Positions 12,397 to 26,636 of a stretch of DNA of 64,000 nucleotides are shown piece after piece. The stretch is from Epiperipatus broadwayi (Eukaryota > Animalia > Onychophora), in assembly GCA_028023455.1 (NCBI GenBank), contig JAQFVV010000008.1, forward strand, positions 5,518,001-5,582,000. Direction: 5' to 3'. Within the stretch, counting starts at the first letter, position 1, and every line of letters starts with the position of its first letter. Position numbers and translations under genes: made by a program. Under the pieces are notes generated by a model that searched no databases, was not told where the DNA came from, and was given only the letters and a program-made list of their open reading frames with translations.

Positions 12397-15300
12397 TTTG
12401 TTGTTATTTTGGCTAATGAATGACTCACATACAAAATAAAGGTATGCATACATGCATTCTTTCAGTTTATTATTAATAATACTAACTACTTTTCTATCTT
12501 ATTTTCAAATGTTGTTTATATTATGTTTATTATACATGCATACTATATAAATAAAAAAACTTTGGGTATTATATATAGGTGTGTGTGCTGGAAAGTATTG
12601 TACAACTACAAAACAGTACAGTAGATAATAGATATGGTGATTTGAAACAAAATGTAGCTACTATTCATTGTATAAAGCATATATTATGGTGATTTGAAAC
12701 AAAATCTAGTGGATATTATAATTCTAGTGTATGTTTTTTTTAATTCTATAGGCAGATGAGAAAGATTAGGTTGAAGTAATTGAAGACATATTTCTTTACT
12801 TTATTTATTATGTAATGTTTTAAAACTTAAAGTTTTCCATGGTTTATAAATTTATTATATGTATATTTATTTCAATATATATATATCCTTACATTATTTG
12901 CTATTGCTTCTTTTAACTACAATTTGAGATAAGCCAACTTCAATAGCAATACATAAATTTATATATGTTTGATTAAAAGCAATGTAATTGAATAATCATG
13001 TAATACCCCAATAAATGAATTCTTATGCAATTAGACATTTAATTATAAACTGTTCATTAGAAAATCATAGAGAAAAAAATATTAATTTTTATCACTCAAT
13101 TTGGAGCTACTTTTAAAATGAAAAAAAAAAAGATATACTATCAAAACAAAATTCACTCTCACAAATTACTATATATCCACAAATAACAAAATTCAAATAA
13201 CTATATTCTCAAAATATATGCCGTGGATTATATCTTCTAAATCACAGTGATATACATAAGAAACATCTATGTATATGGAATTTAACATATAACCATTTTC
13301 TTTTTCCAATGACTTCTTATCATAACTAACTCTCAAGGTGAACCATAGCTAAAGAATTTTGAAAAAGTTTTTGAAACTTTCATACATCAAGATTGTCTTA
13401 CTATCAGTCCTAGCTCATGGAACCCATCTTCATGTATGAGTTACCATTTAATGTGTCATTTGATATAAGTATATTGTTTGCATTTTATGTTATCACATTA
13501 TAAGGAGAGGTATAGTACAACATCTTAATAACCATTTTTAGACTTTTTAGTACAGTAATACTAATCTTCTGTGTCCTAATAAGAAGAACTTTAATCAACA
13601 ATAGTTTAACTGCTCATAGAATTTCTTAGCTGAACAGATTCAGATTTTAGACTCATAATTTATTACCCCGCAAAAAGAAATAAATATCTTTAAGTCATTA
13701 TAGTATACATCACCACTATTACTTACCAAATCTTTTTGACAAGATTAGAATTATAAAAAAAAAAAAAAAATGAACATAGTCAAATTGTCTCTCACGGTCA
13801 TATAATTCATTGCAGAAACTAGAAAACAAAAAAGCATTTCAAATCTCAAGAATAGATCTTTGGATTCATCCTATGTGATTCTCCAATCTTATTGAACTAA
13901 ATTATTATATATATGTGCGTATGTGTAGATTGCCGTGTATGATTTGTACTATATATTTTCTTGGAAATCTCTAGTAATGTTTGTAACATTTATTGATTAT
14001 AAAAAATCAAAATCAGATTGTAATTTTAATACTTTATCATTAATGAAGAAATTGTCCTTCATGGTTCAATGTAGTAGCAAAAGTATCAGATTTTGGATGC
14101 TCAGGAATTGTGATTCCAACTCTGTCTTTCCTGATGCTTGAACTTCTTTCGAACTCTCAAACAGTAAATCATTTGATTATTTATATAATAGACGTTATAA
14201 TTTACTTTCTTAACATTATTTATTTTAAAATCCTTGTTAAAATTTAATATGTATAGGCATTTAAATAAACAGGTATATAAAATTGTAATCAAACGTAGCA
14301 TAAATTGTTTCAATCACAATATCTAAATTAATATATTTACTTTTGATTTCTTTTGTCCAATAGGTAATGGCTGATGGAAATTCTGAAGCAGAGGTACATT
14401 AACAATCAATTCCCTTACGATCACGTGCACAAATTTAGCTAAAACTGAATGAACACTAAATTTTGTTTTCACTAAAAAAAAAATGTTGCACTAAAATGAT
14501 AATTTAAATGCAGCATTTGTACAATTTTTAATTTTCAAACTGCACTGTATTTCTTAAACACACTTTATTACACGTTTATAAAACACATATCACGACTCCA
14601 TTAATCATTATTATAAGATTAAATAATATATAAACATGGACTTTAAATGCTTCAAAATAACTAACTTCTATTTATAGAGATATATTGTATTGATTTTAAA
14701 ACTTCATCGTCAATAGTCAAGTTCTAAAAATGGTGTTAAAAAAATCACTAATTCTTTCAAAATAAATAAAAATAATTATAGGTCATAAATATAATTATTT
14801 TTTAGTTAAAAAGTTCCATTCTCTTGAATTTGTGTAAATAAAATATCCCATTATAACAATGACCATTTTTGTCACGTTTGTTTAATTTTCAAATAGGAAA
14901 ATTGATATAATCTGTTTACTTTTGTCTTGAATTCAGCTACTAAAGTGTAATGTTTTTAAAATCAATATTGCTTCTGACTTAAAATAGACATGTCTTTTTT
15001 TTTACTTTTAAAAAGGTGATCTTTTTTTATATCTTTTCTACAATAAGTTATAAATTTGTACTTTTTTTGTTTATAATTTTAATTGAATTATTTAATCAAT
15101 TATTTTTATTTAGCGAATAAGTTTGGAATCTATCCAAATTTATGCTTAATATAATACACGCATATAAATTTAAATAAGTAAGTAATCAAATAGTTTTATT
15201 GCTCTAGTCTAGCACCAGAAATTCAAAAATTGAGCATGAGCTGTGGTCCATCTGCGTCTATCATTGCACTAAACCATGTAGGGTTTATCTAAACATTATC

Positions 15301-16169
15301 TACAGTAACTATAACCAATTTCTATAAAGATACTAAGGAGCTCAAGAACCATAGAAGTATCATATTTTTCTCGTCAGTGTAAAGGTTACATCATATTAAA
15401 ATCGTATACTTTTTTGGTTTTTAAAATGAAGGTCTCTCCTCTCATCTGACCCTTTTTTTATGTTCTATCTAATAATGATCAGATGTAGATTATTATTGAA
15501 ATAATAACCAGATGCCTATGAATTAATTAACATAAAAAAATCCTAAAACTGTTAAGATTAAACAATACTCAATAACAGATTAATATATTTGTTTACTAAA
15601 TTCTCAAAAAACTAATGATAAATTAGATGATTCATGAATAGAGTTTTTTTTCTTTCAAAAAATGCTGTATTTGAAATTTCAGCTGGTGTATTAACATAAT
15701 GGTTAATCAAAATCAGAATCTCAGACAAAAATAAATTCTTAATTCAAATAATAGCTAACTGTTGTTTGACTGGGATAATCATAGTAAAATGTTAAATAAT
15801 TTGATAGTCAGTGTTTCATAGTGATAATTGAATGACGATTTATCATTTAGAAATGCGAACAGAAAAATTATATAATCAACAAAATATGACTAAATTGAGT
15901 TAAACTTAAGTATTACCTAAGTCTAATTTATTATTATTGCTGCATCAACAAAAATGATATTAAAACAAAGGAGAAGAAAATAAATTCTCTTAACAGATCT
16001 AAAGTATACTAATCTCTATTATCTATGATAATATCTTCATAGCAGATATATGAGTGTATAATATAAAATTAACAAAAATAGGAGTGTACTTGAAGCACAT
16101 GTAATTAATGATAATTAATTATCATTAATATTAAATATAGTTTTACTTCTGAATATTATGTAAACATTA

Positions 16170-16654
16170 CACTTATTTGCAAATAAGTTTTAGTGGAGAA
16201 GATATAAATTAAATATTAATATCGCTAGGCTTGATGTTTTTGAGGATCCATGCCTCATAATCATAGCTCAACACCTGTACACTTACAACAGAGCTCAAAA
16301 GAACAACAATTCATCCTTTGTACTTTTGGAGCATGCCAAGCAATTTGGACACAACTTCACCCCTGCCAATCCCATAATCTCATGCTCAGAATCAAATGAT
16401 CATAAGAGAAAAATAAAAGAAGCATTCTACATTAATGGAAACATCCATGCTATCAATAGAAAAGATACTTGATTCGAGATCTTGAAAAAATGGGCTACAT
16501 AACACTGGCTTATTTAAATATCTTTGCATATATTTTATTATACATTTTTTATGATGGCTATGATTATGAGGCATGGATCCTTGAAAACATTAAGCCTAGC
16601 AATATTAACATTTAATTTATATCTTCTCCACTAAAACTTACTTGTAAATAAATG
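16170..16654 (+). mobile_element. Penelope-like element 3' fragment: inverted pLTR arm, GIY-YIG endonuclease C-terminus, pLTR
   Basis: The frame 16263-16502 reads IAQHLYTYNRAQKNNNSSFVLLEHAKQFGHNFTPANPIISCSESNDHKRKIKEAFYINGNIHAINRKDT*FEILKKWAT*, with the PLE endonuclease EH..GH.F...KR...EA..I...INR..W signature. Inverted arms of ~98 bp lie at 16170-16268 and 16557-16654. Confidence 0.85.
16556..16596 (+). ncRNA. Minimal type I hammerhead-like motif with A3-U8 core (partly decayed); inverted twin at 16228-16268 on the minus strand
   Basis: GGCT-ATGATTA-T-GAGG(CATGGAT)CCTT-GAAA-A-CA-T-TA-AGCC: stem I GGCT/AGCC, stem II GAGG/CCT(C/T), stem III derived from AACGTT with CpG decay. Confidence 0.6.
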
Positions 16655-17268
16655 CTTTGTTTATTATTAATATTGTTTACTTAGAAAATATTCTACTTAT
16701 ATAAAATAGCAATTTTAAAAACTGTTATTAAATTTTCTTTTTTACATTTTAAGCTGTATGTGCTATGCATAATGTTACAAATATGTGCCTTCCATATTTA
16801 GATTATAAGCAAAGTTATGCAACTTTATTTGAAGAGCTCTTCTCTTAAAGATTATATAAAATTAAATTTTAATTGAATAATTCTTTTTCAAACTATTCTA
16901 TTCAAATTAACTCTATCTAATCATTACATGGCAGTTTTAAAAATCAGAAAATTCTGATAAATCGAAATATCAAGTGACTTATATTACAATTATTATAACA
17001 ATTATCAGTAAATAATTTTCCAAATTAGAAAATATACCCATTTGATACATTAGTTACAATTATTATGACAAATTAATTTCATGATCAGAGCGAAAAGCTC
17101 ATTGTTCAAGCTTAGTCTGTAATTGTAACTAGTTTTATATCAGAATAACTGGCTTTTCATTTAGTGACTTAGCTGGTGATCATTATGCAGTCTGTATTTT
17201 AATTGGCATCAATCTTTTGTTATTCTCCATCTGACTGGACTATTTACTTTTTAACCTTGAATTAATAT

Positions 17269-17478
17269 TTAATTAGCATGTCTGAGGATAGGCTCTTCAT
17301 CCAGTGGCCTAAGTTGCTCCCAAGTGTCCCCAAAGAGCTTTCCCAGTGTTAACAAGTGATTCCTGAACATAGTCCTTCGAATAAATTTTTTACATATCTC
17401 CCATGATTCCTTACTTCCTTGCTTAAAAACAAAATAATTTCTAGTTAACCACACAGCATAAAGCAAAAACAGTCTCAT
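17269..17478 (-). mobile_element. L1/Tx1-type LINE ORF2 C-terminal fragment
   Basis: The ORF contains LYAVWLTRNYFVFK, matching the xxIWxxRNxxVF motif at the end of L1/Tx1 ORF2. Confidence 0.55.
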
Positions 17479-18282
17479 TCTAATTTTTTTCTTTTGATTC
17501 TAAAAGTTTATTTTTTGTAAACATTTCTGAAATATATATTGTAAATGATCTTTATTTATTATACATGATTTTAATTTCAAACATTAACTTCATTTTGAAA
17601 TATTTGTAAAAAATATAATAATGCTAAAAAATTAAAAGTAATAGATATAACAAATATTTATAATTAATGCTTTTATTTACTATGCAAACTAAAAACCAAG
17701 AAAATAATTGTTTCTTTAACCACAATTGGGAATTTTATATTTACCTTGAAATAAAAGTGTGCGTTGGGGGGGGGGGGGGTTTCCCCAAAAATTATTTAAG
17801 TTAATTCTAATTTTTTATAACAAGAAATTGACTTAATTAATTTCTGGACACACACACCCCTCATGCCATTTATTTCAAGTTAAATATAAAACCCCAGTTG
17901 TGGTTGAAAAACAATTATTTATTTGGTTTTTAGTTCCTCTAGTAAATAAAAGCATTCATTATAAATATTTTTGTATCTGTTATTATTTCTTATAACAACA
18001 GTTTATTCATATTTAGCATTGCTAATTGAATATCATAGTATGGTACATGTGTAAAGATTTGATTACCTTCTTAGAATTATAGCTTAACACTGTACTAGTA
18101 CAATTTCTTGATAACACCTTCTAATATTAACATGTAATAAATTTCATATTTTGCAAGTGCTAATAGGATATAAAAAAGAAATGTAAGTACAGTGAATAAT
18201 ATATTCATGCTCTCTTTACAAAATGCTTAGGATTTTTCCTACATGATTGCATTGAGAATGAAGATAAGATGGTCATTCTTAC

Positions 18283-18338
18283 CTCTTTACAGTCTTTATT
18301 ATGTGACCTGGATCGAAGTTTACTCATATTTAACATTG
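18283..18338 (-). other. Candidate 56-nt exon (open frame MLNMSKLRSRSHNKDCKE)
   Basis: Minus-strand acceptor TATTATATTCAATTAG and donor GAG|GTAAGA. Only one of the three frames is open. No homology recognised. Confidence 0.3.
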
Positions 18339-19037
18339 CTAATTGAATATAATAGTACAGTGCAAGTATAGAAGTTTGATTGCATTCTTTTTAGAATTAT
18401 TTCTAAAATTGTTCTTTTAACAATAATTGGACTTAAATTTTTTAAACTGAAAGTCATTTTTATGAAAAATTGATTTAATTACATTGAACATTTGACATTA
18501 TTTTAAAATGTATTTATAGAAGGTGAATAAAAGAAATTTGACTTAAGTTTAACTTTAATGCATACATACTAATATTATTATTTATAAAGTTATATCATAT
18601 ATTTCACCTTTAAACTTAATTAAATTTGTATGACATTGAGAAAATAAATGTATTATCTCAAATATTCTATAAAATAAAAAATGTTCAGTAAGACAATTAT
18701 TGTATAATTTATACATTTTTCTGGCCTCCAATATATATACATTCTAAATATGTTTTTTATGACCAAACCACTTTTTTTTAAGAACTTGATTTAGTACAGT
18801 ATTTAACCATATATATAACTAACGATAAACATATTTTAGTACTATAGTAAATTTGAACTTTAAACCATTTATAATTTATTTACATACATGCTAATCCCTT
18901 TTATTATGTATTAGATGTGTGTGTGAGTAACCAAAATTGAACTGAGTCTAAAAAACATTCATAACCAGTTAAATATAAAATTTATAGCAAACATCTTAAC
19001 TATCCAGAAATGTAAAAGCCTTCAAGTTAACATATTT

Positions 19038-19039
<2 letters not shown>

Positions 19040-19116
<77 letters not shown>
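19040..19116. repeat. (TA)n microsatellite
   Basis: Seen directly. Confidence 0.95.
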
Positions 19117-19117
<1 letters not shown>

Positions 19118-22100
19118 CCTCTGTTTGTCAGATGGAGTTACATATATTTATAATAATTAATAAAAGACTTTACATATTTGTAACTAAAAAAAATTGAAAT
19201 TTTTAAAAGAATTTTCAATCCATCTCTCTAGATAAATATTATCTGTGATGTAAAACTGGGATTACAAATTCATATCACACAATCTAGTAATAGTATTTTT
19301 TCTGATCTCATTTTAATCAAAAAGTAAAAACGTTTAGCTTATGTTCTAGCTTTAAATAATAAAAAAAATAGATAAGTATTTTATTATAAATAATAACATA
19401 GCTTAAACTATAACACATTCACTTTAAAGATGGAACACTATTTAAACTGAATACTCTTATTTCCAAACACAAGATAAATCTTTTTAAAAAATAGACTGGA
19501 TCCACTCTATCTTTTTCACTCAAGCTATATCATAACTTTTTCACAGTTTCTTTCAATATTTACATTATATAAATTTTTAAGTTATCATTTTTTTTAGTTT
19601 ATGAATTGCATTATTTACATCTATAATTTGTAGACTATTTTCATTACCGAGTCAGAGGTCTGCAATTTTTTAAAAAAAAATTTTTGTTATTTGTTAAATT
19701 TTAATTATCAGTTTATCAGTTTTTTTTTGGCATATTTAAATTTAATTCTTCTTCATCATTTCTAATTCATATTGTCTTATTTAAATGTAAGAACTATTCC
19801 AGTAGTCATTAAATGTTTTCTATTTTGGGGTTTTTATTTCTATCTAAGGTCTTATTGACCATAACAATATCATTATCTTTATTTTATTATTAAATGTTTC
19901 CATTTTGTATAAATCTGGCTTTTTTGACTAGGATTGGTTATTATCTGCACCAAGGTCTTTTACAAAAATATTGGTATTATAATTATTTCTTCTGTTATTT
20001 ATACTTCATCAAGATGATTGACAAGAGAGCATTAGATTTCAATTTTGCTAAACGCCTAGATTTAGTAATGTATATGTTGATACTATTAGCAAAGCACATA
20101 TAAAGTAAAAATTTTGGATTATGTAATAAAGTATGCTATAATGAATAGTAAAAGGCCATTTCACTATTAACAATTATAGATCTTATCAATGGCTTGATTA
20201 CAATGTCGATATATATAAATATAAGTGCATGCGCGCACACACACACATGCATTTTAATACATACAACCTTTCGTGGTTTACGTGTGGTTTATATTATTTC
20301 ATTATAAAATCAAGCGTATATTTTAAATTTTTATTCAAAAGTAATTTTTAGTGTATATTTATAAAATGTGAATTAGCGAAAAAAAGATTTTTATGTTATT
20401 TTTGTTGGCAAATTCAAAAACCATATTAAAATGTTTTTATGATATTTTTGATAACAGCTTACTGAACATAAATACATCATTAAGTTTCCAAAAGTTATAT
20501 TAGTATTTGACTGGAAAGTAAATCATTATTATATTTTAAAAATATTGACTTCTGCATTTCCAGAACTGAGAAATTTCTCAAGTAGTAATAAAACTGTTTA
20601 ATTACAAACATAGCACAATTAAATATCCGAAATATATTCTTCTAACAAGTCGCAGTTACTTTCATAAAACTTGTAATTGTCAAAATTTACTTTTCAGACA
20701 TTTTTAGTTGAAATAAAAATGATAATTAAAAACGTTGTTTACACTATCAGAATTAAAATTAAGAACTCTCACACACATATATAAACACATAATCACACAT
20801 ATATGTATCATGCTATGGTAATAACACATTCATCTTCAAATCTCTGATTAGAGTTTTAAATATTTTCAGGATCCAATAAAGCTTGGATCTTTTTTAGATG
20901 ATTAATTCACATCCAACTTGGTTAATTATCCAGTATTGGTTTGATAATTGGGTATCTAACTATTCTTATTTAGAGCAAAAAATAGTGATAAAAAACTAAT
21001 CAAAACACAACATTCTAGTATTTATCAAGACTGGTGAATAATGCTCTCCTTGTCACAATTTCTTATCAATGAGTTGTTGGGGAAATTTTTGTTTTATAAT
21101 GGGATGTTGATTAAATAATTTTTATCTTTTTTATATATGTTTTCATTAATTAAAGATGTGATATATTTGTTTTTATTTTATGAAGTTTTGGGGGGGAAAT
21201 TACAGAAAATAAAATCATCATTCAGATGTATTTGCTCACGAGTCTAGTAAACATTTATTAGTTAATATTTTAATAAATCACCCACAAAATTATTATTACT
21301 GAGCTTCTCGTATTCAAGATTAATTATAAAGCAATGCTATAAAAAAAATTAACTAATTGTAAAAATGGCTATAGAACTAAACACTCTTGGATCAATTTCA
21401 AAATGAAATTGAAAAAAGTATACAATAATCCCAGGTTGTAATAAAATGATCTAAACAGCTGGCAATAAATTTAAAAATATTAAAATTACAAAACATCTAA
21501 AAACTTCTCTCTGATGAAATTTACTGGCAGCCCATGAAATTTTAAGCATAGGTGCTTTATTATAGTATCATCTCCAAAAAGTAAGCAAGGAAAACAAAAC
21601 AAATTTCACAGTCTCAGAATCATTATATTTTTTTATATCAATCATTATTAAAAGATCTAATGTATTTTTTTTATTTTTACTAATTGCTGTTTAATAAATA
21701 ATACTTGGAGTAAATCGACCTTTACTTTTTATTTAATTTTTTCATATAATAACAATTGCAAAAATATAATTTATATATATATATTTAACTTTAATATCCA
21801 TTGTAATAAATATATAAAATAATATTTCTTATATTTTTCAGTAATAAAAATTTATATGTTAATTTATAAATGTTAATTACAAGGAAAAAACAGAATATTT
21901 TATTGCTCATCCTAAATGAAAACAATAAAAATTTATTTACTCTGGAAACCAGAATAGATAAATATACCATGCTCAAATAACCGTTGATGCTGCAGAAATA
22001 AGCAGCTCCAATCGCACTAATTATGTGCATTGTTAAAAGAAAATGAATCTTGGCAGAACTTTCTGAAATTCATTGAATATTCTATTTCTGACACTGCAAT

Positions 22101-23457
22101 AATTAGTAATGGCTTTGAGTAGAAATCTGTAAATTATCTTTAAAAAGTCTAAACTTATAGTAATTTTGATATATGGAATTGATGAGACATTATCTTCATC
22201 CTATTCTAAAATCAACTATTGTAAACTCAAGAAATTAATGGATATCAGATGATATAATATTATAAATGTCCCCATTTCCAGATGAGTTTCTAATTTTGCC
22301 TTCATTACTAAAGCTAGGATTTAAACATGAAACTAATACACTTATTTATCTAATTACCACCTTTTACTTCTTTATATTTCTCATATTAATATTTAGAAAT
22401 ATTAAAAAAAACCTAAGGTTTTAAACCCAAGATAACTCATCTATATAATTGCATGGATCTGATACCAGATCAATTTCTGTATATTAAAAAAAAATCCATT
22501 CAATTACATACCCTCTCTGTTCTTTAACTAATTCTGACAACAATGTCACATGACTTCTCATTTTCTTACTCATATATTTTCAATAGCAGTCCTTTTCATT
22601 CTATTCTAGAGCCATCTACTGTAAGTTTGAGTAATCAATGGCTGAAGATAACTAGTTTTGAAAGCATATAAAAAGTCATGTGATATTGTTGTTCAGATAC
22701 AGCATTATTGAAAAATATTAGTGGCAGGCAATTATGAAAATTAATTCATAATTAAATAATTTTATTGTTTATTATATTTTTTAAGTTATTTTTTTACTTT
22801 CTATAAGTAATTTGACATTACTTCCAATTGTTCCCATTAGGTTAGTACTTCAGCTTTATCCTTGCCTTGTTTAACATATATATTAGCAATTATATAATTT
22901 ATTAAAGATTAAATAATATTTTTGACAGGTTAAAATTTTGTCTTTACCTATAATAATGATCAGAGATGAAGCACTTTATGCATTAAGAAAAAATTGAAAG
23001 TGCACATAAAATTTTATTAATTTGCTTCAAGATTTGATAATGTTGTAAAAGGTTGAGATAATGATGTTGATGAGTTAATATTATGTTGAATCCATCAATA
23101 TTTTTTTCTCTGTCTTAACAAATTTTATTTTCAAACAGAAAGTTATTTAACTGAGAATGGATATTTTGAGAAATGATGTGAAAAAATTCAGCTGCTTTTT
23201 AAATTTCAATTTATGAGAAGGTGTAATAAAGTGCCCTAAAAAGAAACTTAAAATAGTATTAATTAAGAAAGGATTGAATAATGTAAATTAGTATAGATCA
23301 AATAATTACATTGCATTTTGCGTCTTAAGAATTAGCTTAAATAAAATGAAAAAATAATGGTGACTTCTGAAAATGTGAGAACAAATCTGAAGATCATTGC
23401 TAAAGAAGATTACTAGCCAGGAGACTAGTTTGGAGATTTGGATACAGCAATATCATC

Positions 23458-23751
23458 TAATAATTAAAACAGGCAAAACTCTCCATACACTATTGTCACT
23501 CAGTGCAAGCCAGAGTAATCAATGAATGCCAGAAGGCTTGTGCATAAAATCCCCATCTAGTGCCTACACAACCAATATCCCCAGACTAGTTTCTGGCTTG
23601 TGACCTTCATCAATGAGGAGTCTTGGCATCCATTGATTACTCTGGCTTGCACTGAGTGGCAATACTGTATGGAGAGTTTTGCCTGTTTTAATAAGTTATA
23701 AGCAAGCATAAAAAATGGTGATCATGTGATGTTTATTGGCTTAATAATTAA
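23458..23751 (+). mobile_element. Family A hammerhead-bearing retroelement, locus A1 (inverted arm, sense arm, tail)
   Basis: 68-bp inverted arms at 23464-23531 and 23624-23691, then a ~50-nt tail. 10-bp direct repeat TAATAATTAA at 23458-23467 and 23742-23751. Hammerhead on the minus strand at about 23572-23626, with C3 changed to U. Confidence 0.85.
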
Positions 23752-25157
23752 TAATATGTAATGTAATTCAAATTTATTTAATTTGATGTTTAATATCTAA
23801 TCAATTATTTTTTGTTGCATTTACAATATTGTATATTGCTTAGGAAGAAAATGCAATATTTTCTCTCATTGTGAGAAGCTCTATTAGTTATTTGATCAGG
23901 ATTTGATAAATTATAATAATCTTTAAGATAAAAGCTGATGTATGTATTCATTATGAAAATTAACAATGGTCATTCAAACAACAAGATAACTGTGATCTAT
24001 AAATTTTATCAAATGCAACAATCATTGATTGATTTATGCTTTTATAGAAATTTGTAATGAATCCTTTTAGATTACTTTTTTTCTACTAAATATCACTTTT
24101 CTTTCATTTTCTTTTTATTCCATTAATTGTATTCAGTCTATTTTTTTTTTTTAATAGATCTTTCCTTCTATACTATTTCCAACTCTTAAATAATTTTTAA
24201 TTTCATCTACGTAGTTAAATTTTATTTTTCTATAAATCTATATCTCAAAATATTTTAAATGCCCCCCCCCCCCATTGCACACAGCGCTTATAATACTGTA
24301 AAATTAATTTTTTTTTTAAACTTAATTGCTGCACGTTTTTGAAGAGTTTCTTAAATCTTTTTGATTTTAGACATTTTTGTTGAAAAAAATAGTTGAATTT
24401 AGAAATAAAATACTTGATTAAGAAACTTAATAAACGAGATCACGAACTTTTCAAAACTGAAAAATTATATATAAAGAATATTGCTTTCTCTCTCTTTTTT
24501 TTTTACCTACTTAAGGTAATCTAGTTTTATTCATTTATTTTTAGTCATTCTTTTTGTAGATTTGCTTTAGCAATTTTAAATTTGGAAAAAGTAGTTAAAT
24601 GTACAAATCTTTTTTTCAAATTTTTATTTTATTATCTTCTTAAATCACGTGCTTTTTAAACAGCGTCTGATTACCATTTGAGGACTGAAAGATTAAATCT
24701 TCATTTATTTTTAAATTTCAATTAAAAAATAAACTGAAAGATTAATCTATCTCTTTTCAAAATGATATAATTCTTTTGAACTATATACTAAAGCCAGTGT
24801 ATAAAAGATATATTTTTAAAAATATTTCTAACACATAAAAGATTATTGATTTATTACTTAAGGCTATGAATCAATTTATCAAACAAAAGAAAATTTCAAA
24901 TTTAAAGTCTATTATTTAACAATTTAATACTAAAAATATTTCATATTATATTTTATAATATTAAATATATATATATATAGTTAAAAAACTTTAATTATAT
25001 ATATTTGTTAAATAAATAAAATAACTACATTATAAAAAAGTTTTAATGTGTACTTCAGTTATTAAAATCCTTCAGTAAAATAAATATTAATATGCATAAC
25101 CATAGAACTACAGGTGATGTTTCAGCACCAAAATGACAAGCTGAGCACAAGACTTAC

Positions 25158-25235
25158 ATTCAATGCTTGCATGTGCCAGCAGTGTTTTTGGGTGTTTCCA
25201 AATTCAAAATGGCCGCCGAGCGCGTTACTATATCA
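25158..25235 (-). promoter_or_regulatory. Candidate first exon / TSS region with a YY1-like motif
   Basis: Local CpG cluster (GCCGCCGAGCGCG), CAAAATGGCCGCC at 25205-25217, and a strong minus-strand donor AAT|GTAAGT (plus-strand ACTTAC 25152-25157). Confidence 0.3.
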
Positions 25236-25375
25236 GTTAAAGAAACTTTTTATAATAAAAATATTACATTTTGGGCTAATTTTATTGGAATAAACTTTTT
25301 TTTGAAAATCATTTGGCTAAACTCTGAAGAATTTTTAATTTAGAAGAGATTAAGATATTTTAGGACTGTTTAAAT

Positions 25376-26636
25376 CAGTGGTATTCAACCTTTTCACACC
25401 TGTGGCCTGGCAAAAATAAGGATAAGATTTCGCGGACCGGCAGAAGTTTACAGATAAATTTTCGTACAGATGTAACCTGCTTAGCCTTAGATAAGCATAA
25501 TTGTTATAACTGACCAAAACAGCACAATAGTTATTGTGTATTGTAATGGTGTTTCTTACCTTCACATGCTGAACACAGAAAACAGTACAATACCAATCAT
25601 TCTCATTAATGTGCTTGCATTTCTATGTTTATTATTTCATTGTTAAAACATTCAAGAATAAAATGTTATTCACCTGAATGTTGGGAAATATCATAGCTAG
25701 TGTAATTACATGGCAATGATTATGATAAATGTAATATCTGTATTTAATGTTAAATATACAAAATGGTTATATATATATGGAGGTTGTCTTTTGATAGTAG
25801 TAAGGGTAAAATAGAAATCGTGTAATTAATCACTGTACAGTCAAAAAAAATTTGCCGTATTTTAAATCTGAAAAAATAAAACGAAACGTGTAAAAGTCTG
25901 AAGTTTTGATGTTATTGTAATTTTTTTTTTTTGTGCTGGTGTGTTGAAAGGATCAAAAAATGTAATTAATAGGAAAAGTTTTTTTTTTAAAAAAATGGTA
26001 AAATAGATATCGCGTAATAGAAATAAAGCCAAAAAAAAAAAAAAAAATCGCAAAGTTATTTTTTGTTTGTTTTTATTTTTTAAAAAAAGGTTAACAGAAA
26101 TTGGTTTTAAAAATAAAAGTTTAGTATATTAGCAATATACAAATAAAACCAAAAAATATCGCCTTATAGGCCAAAAAAAAAAGTGGGCATATTTTTAAAC
26201 AAAAAAAAAAAAAACGAAACTTGAAAAAGTTAAAAATTTTGATCTTGTTTTAACACATAAACAATGCTGACACGCAACCGTGATTGGCTATCAAAAGACA
26301 ACTGGAGTTTGTTTAATAAAAAACCTTTTTTTAAAAAAAATTTTGAATTTTTTTAGAAAAATAATAAATTTAATTCTATCTCTCCATAAACATCTGTGAT
26401 AAATCGAAAAACAAATTAATTTATGTATGATTGATTAGATTTCGTTTTTGTTCTGTTTCTTATTTTTTAACAGAGTAAAAATGCGATGAAAAAATAAATA
26501 AAAACTGTTTATATTAATTAAAAGTTTAAAATCTTATTGTTTTGTTATTACTAACTTTCTTGCCAGTCTAGCGCGACCCAACAGAAAACTTCCGTGGCCC
26601 GGCACCGGGCCGCAGCCTGGTGGTTGAAGACCACTG
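25376..26636. mobile_element. Non-autonomous hAT-superfamily DNA transposon, 1261 bp
   Basis: TIRs CAGTGGTATTCAACC / revcomp CAGTGGTCTTCAACC (14/15). Perfect 8-bp TSD GTTTAAAT at 25368-25375 and 26637-26644. GC-rich GGCCCG/CGGGCC subterminal motifs. No transposase ORF. Confidence 0.9.

Noticed and set aside
13200-13740. Possible minus-strand LINE relic (similar patches at 22130-22330 and 31900-32900)
   Set aside because: Only isolated 3-4-residue resemblances; too decayed to call.
14040-14160. Minus-strand open stretch FERSSSIRKDRVGITIPEHPKSDTF...
   Set aside because: Weak acceptor, no donor and no recognisable homology.
14340-14394. Exon candidates: plus-strand VMADGNSEAE, and minus-strand FPSAITYWTKE resembling an Ig-domain motif
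   Set aside because: Three mutually exclusive readings of ~50 bp, an in-frame stop just upstream of the Ig-like reading, and no flanking domain sequence.
21508-21550. CTGATGA...GAAA
   Set aside because: No stem II or stem I pairing.
22665-22710. CTGAAGA-TAACTAGTTTT-GAAAGCATA
   Set aside because: Marginal stem II and no stem I.
25840-26400. Possible nested element inside the hAT transposon
   Set aside because: No termini or TSD found; the homopolymer-rich sequence may be low-quality consensus.
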